Origin: Coprobacillus sp. CAG:605
GTDB lineage: Bacteria; Bacillota_I; Bacilli_A; RF39; UBA660
Length of the DNA: 64,000 nucleotides
Reading direction: 5' to 3'
NCBI GenBank assembly: GCA_000433255.1
Contig: HF998226.1
Span: 25,383 to 89,382 of the forward strand
Below the pieces are notes generated by a model. That model saw only the letters and a list, made by a program, of their open reading frames with translations. It searched no databases and was not told the DNA's origin. Below are positions 61,938-64,000 of this stretch, piece after piece (position 1 is the first letter of the stretch; every line of letters starts with the position of its first letter). The position numbers were made by a program, and so were the translations under genes.

Positions 61938-63296
61938 ATGTCCAAAAAAGAAAATATTAAATTCTTCATTTCGTGCAAAGTAGCTAATCTGTTTCTTTTA
62001 AGTGAAACTAGCAAGGACTATCCAGAAATCGTAAATGCAATGTCATATCATAATGGATTGCCAAGAATGTTGAATAGCGATTTTAAAAAAATGTCAAAAG
62101 ATCGCCAAATATCTTTGCAAAATGAATGGAATGATATATTTAATCATGCCCAAGGTGAATGGTCTGCTACAAAATACGAAGAGAAAAGTCAAGGAAAAAT
62201 AATTAACTGTGAATTGTGCGGCCATAAAAAAATAAGTTCAATTTTTAAAATAAAAAATTTAGAAAATCAAAAGGAATTAATAGTAGGTAGTGAATGTATT
62301 AAGTATTTTTGTGGAATCAAAAATAATTCTAAAGAAGATCGCAAGCTTTATTTGAAAGACGAAAGAGAAAAAAGAAAAGTTGCCAAAAATATTTGGTATG
62401 CAGAAAGTGTGGTTCCAGGTCTTAACAACCAAGTCAAAAGTTTTAGGAGAATACCCGATAATCATTCATTTATAATGCCAAATAAGTTAAAGAAAGAGTA
62501 TTATAGGATTGAAAATTTAATTAAAGAAGATTATGATGCAGAATTAAAAAAGCCAAAATCAAAAATAGATTGTAGGAAATTTGTTAGTACAAATTCACAA
62601 ATAACAGTCTTTAAAGAAAAATTAGAGGAGTCTAAGCAAAAGTATAAAAATGATAAATGGCAAATCACGGAAAATATAGCGAGATGGTGTTATAATAGCA
62701 AAAAGGATTCCCTAATTGAACGATTAAGTGTAACAGAAAAAGTAGATTTTACAACAGCTGATCAAATTTATGAAACCAATTATTTGCATTTTATAGTTGA
62801 AGAATTTAAGAGCTTTTTGTATTTTAACAATTTTAAGGTATTAAAAAATAATTCTATAAACTTTGAAGTTTCAAGTAAATTTAATGAAGGAATTAAGATA
62901 TTAGTTGATACAGTTGATTTTTTAAAAAAATATAAAGCAAATTTATTTAAAAACGAATATGAAAACATAAGCATAAAAGATTTATTAAGGGTTAGTAAAA
63001 TAAGCAAAGATAGCTATGACAATGCGGCATATTTGATTTGCAGAAAGTGCAGATATGATTATAAGTATCAATTTCAAAGTGCTGAAATAAATGAAATTGC
63101 CTTTAAATCTGAAAATAATATTTTAGTTTTAAAATACGCTGAATTTATCAACAAATTTAAAAACTATATTTTTAAGAAAAAAATTGATTCTAAAATGAAC
63201 AAAGAGATTGTTAATTATATTGAAGCAAATTCAGAAAAATATACTGCTGAAAATTACTCTGTGCATTTAAAAACATTTGGTATTTTTCAAAAATAG
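61938..63296 (+). CDS. Hypothetical protein with a Cys cluster (CELCGH...GSECIKYFCG)
   Basis: ORF with a TAAGGAG ribosome-binding site before the ATG at 61938. The track start at 61884 lies further upstream. Confidence 0.5.
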   Translation: MSKKENIKFFISCKVANLFLLSETSKDYPEIVNAMSYHNGLPRMLNSDFKKMSKDRQISLQNEWNDIFNHAQGEWSATKYEEKSQGKIINCELCGHKKISSIFKIKNLENQKELIVGSECIKYFCGIKNNSKEDRKLYLKDEREKRKVAKNIWYAESVVPGLNNQVKSFRRIPDNHSFIMPNKLKKEYYRIENLIKEDYDAELKKPKSKIDCRKFVSTNSQITVFKEKLEESKQKYKNDKWQITENIARWCYNSKKDSLIERLSVTEKVDFTTADQIYETNYLHFIVEEFKSFLYFNNFKVLKNNSINFEVSSKFNEGIKILVDTVDFLKKYKANLFKNEYENISIKDLLRVSKISKDSYDNAAYLICRKCRYDYKYQFQSAEINEIAFKSENNILVLKYAEFINKFKNYIFKKKIDSKMNKEIVNYIEANSEKYTAENYSVHLKTFGIFQK

Positions 63297-63472
63297 CTAT
63301 TTAGAAAAAATATGCAAGCAACACAATGTTAACTAGTGTTGTAGTAAATCCCAACTAAAAACCAATTTCCAATAAAAATGATACAAATTGTATCAAAAGC
63401 AGTAAAAAATAGTATACTTTTTTGAAAATTATGCTATACTATATATTGAAAAAAGGAAAAAGGTGAATATAA

Positions 63473-64000
63473 TGATCAGATATATTAAACTAAATAACTA
63501 TAAGTCACTTGTTGACTTTAAAGTGGATTTTATGAAAACAAAAGACACTTCAAAAAAACTAGTGCTTATTTATGGCGAAAATGGAGTTGGTAAATCTAAT
63601 TTAGCTAATTCATTTTATACATTAAATGAAACAATGAGAACTATGGCTGCCAATGAATTTGCTAAGAATTTACTTGATCAATTTAGTAAAAATGAGAATT
63701 TTAATAAAGAATCAAGCAAAGTTGCAATTAATTTTGCCAATTCAATTATTAAAGCAAATTATAAAGATACTAAAATGATAATTGATGAATATAAAACTAT
63801 TGATTCAGCAGATAATATGATTTTAGAATATGGCTTTGATATGAATGGACAAGATGGAGTTTATCGTATCGAATTTGATAATGAAAAAATAGTTTCTGAA
63901 AGACTAGACTTTACCCTTAACAAAAATATGACTAACTATTTTAATATTAATACTGATAATATGAAGATTAATGCCAACGTTTTCAAAGATAAAAAATATT
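63473..64000 (+). CDS. AAA_15/AAA_21 (OLD/ABC-like) ATPase. Only the N-terminal 176 aa are present because the window ends.
   Basis: The typical N-terminus MIRYIKLNNYKSL...LIYGENGVGKSNL (Walker A). A promoter-like TATACT lies upstream. Confidence 0.65.

Noticed and set aside
1-64000. CRISPR arrays, rRNA genes, integrases, transposases, and phage structural genes
   Set aside because: No regularly spaced direct repeats, no rRNA-like segments, and no recombinase, transposase or phage-capsid motifs were seen in any frame.

Overview
This window comes from a low-GC Firmicutes-type chromosome that uses the standard genetic code. TGA acts as a stop codon, for example at the rpoB/rpoC ATGA overlap. 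It splits into two parts.

Positions 1 to about 45,100 are conserved core genes, almost all on the + strand: tRNA-Met, a ybxB-like methyltransferase, rpoB, rpoC, a CIRCE-regulated hrcA-grpE-dnaK-pepF-dnaJ heat-shock operon, rpsB-tsf, rsmH-ftsL-pbp2B, a MATE transporter fused to a cytidylate-kinase-like domain, sigG, ylmC, a membrane-anchored serpin, lspA-rluD, a rhomboid protease, recD2, an AI-2E transporter, a truncated AlaRS-like protein, and an LRR-transglutaminase/HD operon.

Positions 45,400 to 64,000 look like a variable accessory island.
- A secreted YHYH-domain surface protein sits on the minus strand.
- A self-contained three-gene cassette follows at 46,404-50,544: a 778-aa ABC/SMC-like ATPase with non-canonical Walker motifs, a translationally coupled 102-aa helical protein, and a KAP-family P-loop NTPase. 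It has its own promoter and terminator. This is the best candidate for an undescribed conflict or defence system, and its layout resembles ABC three-component (ABC-3C) systems.
- A Wzx/Wzy-type surface-polysaccharide locus occupies 50.6-59.0 kb, with a UDP-GlcA dehydrogenase, a uronate epimerase and an ATP-grasp amidoligase.
- A second unassigned module lies at 59,102-63,296: a hypothetical protein, an SF1 helicase with an unknown N-terminal domain, and a Cys-cluster protein. It is followed by the 5' end of an AAA_15/OLD-type ATPase that is cut off by the window edge.

No rRNA, CRISPR array, integrase or transposase was seen.
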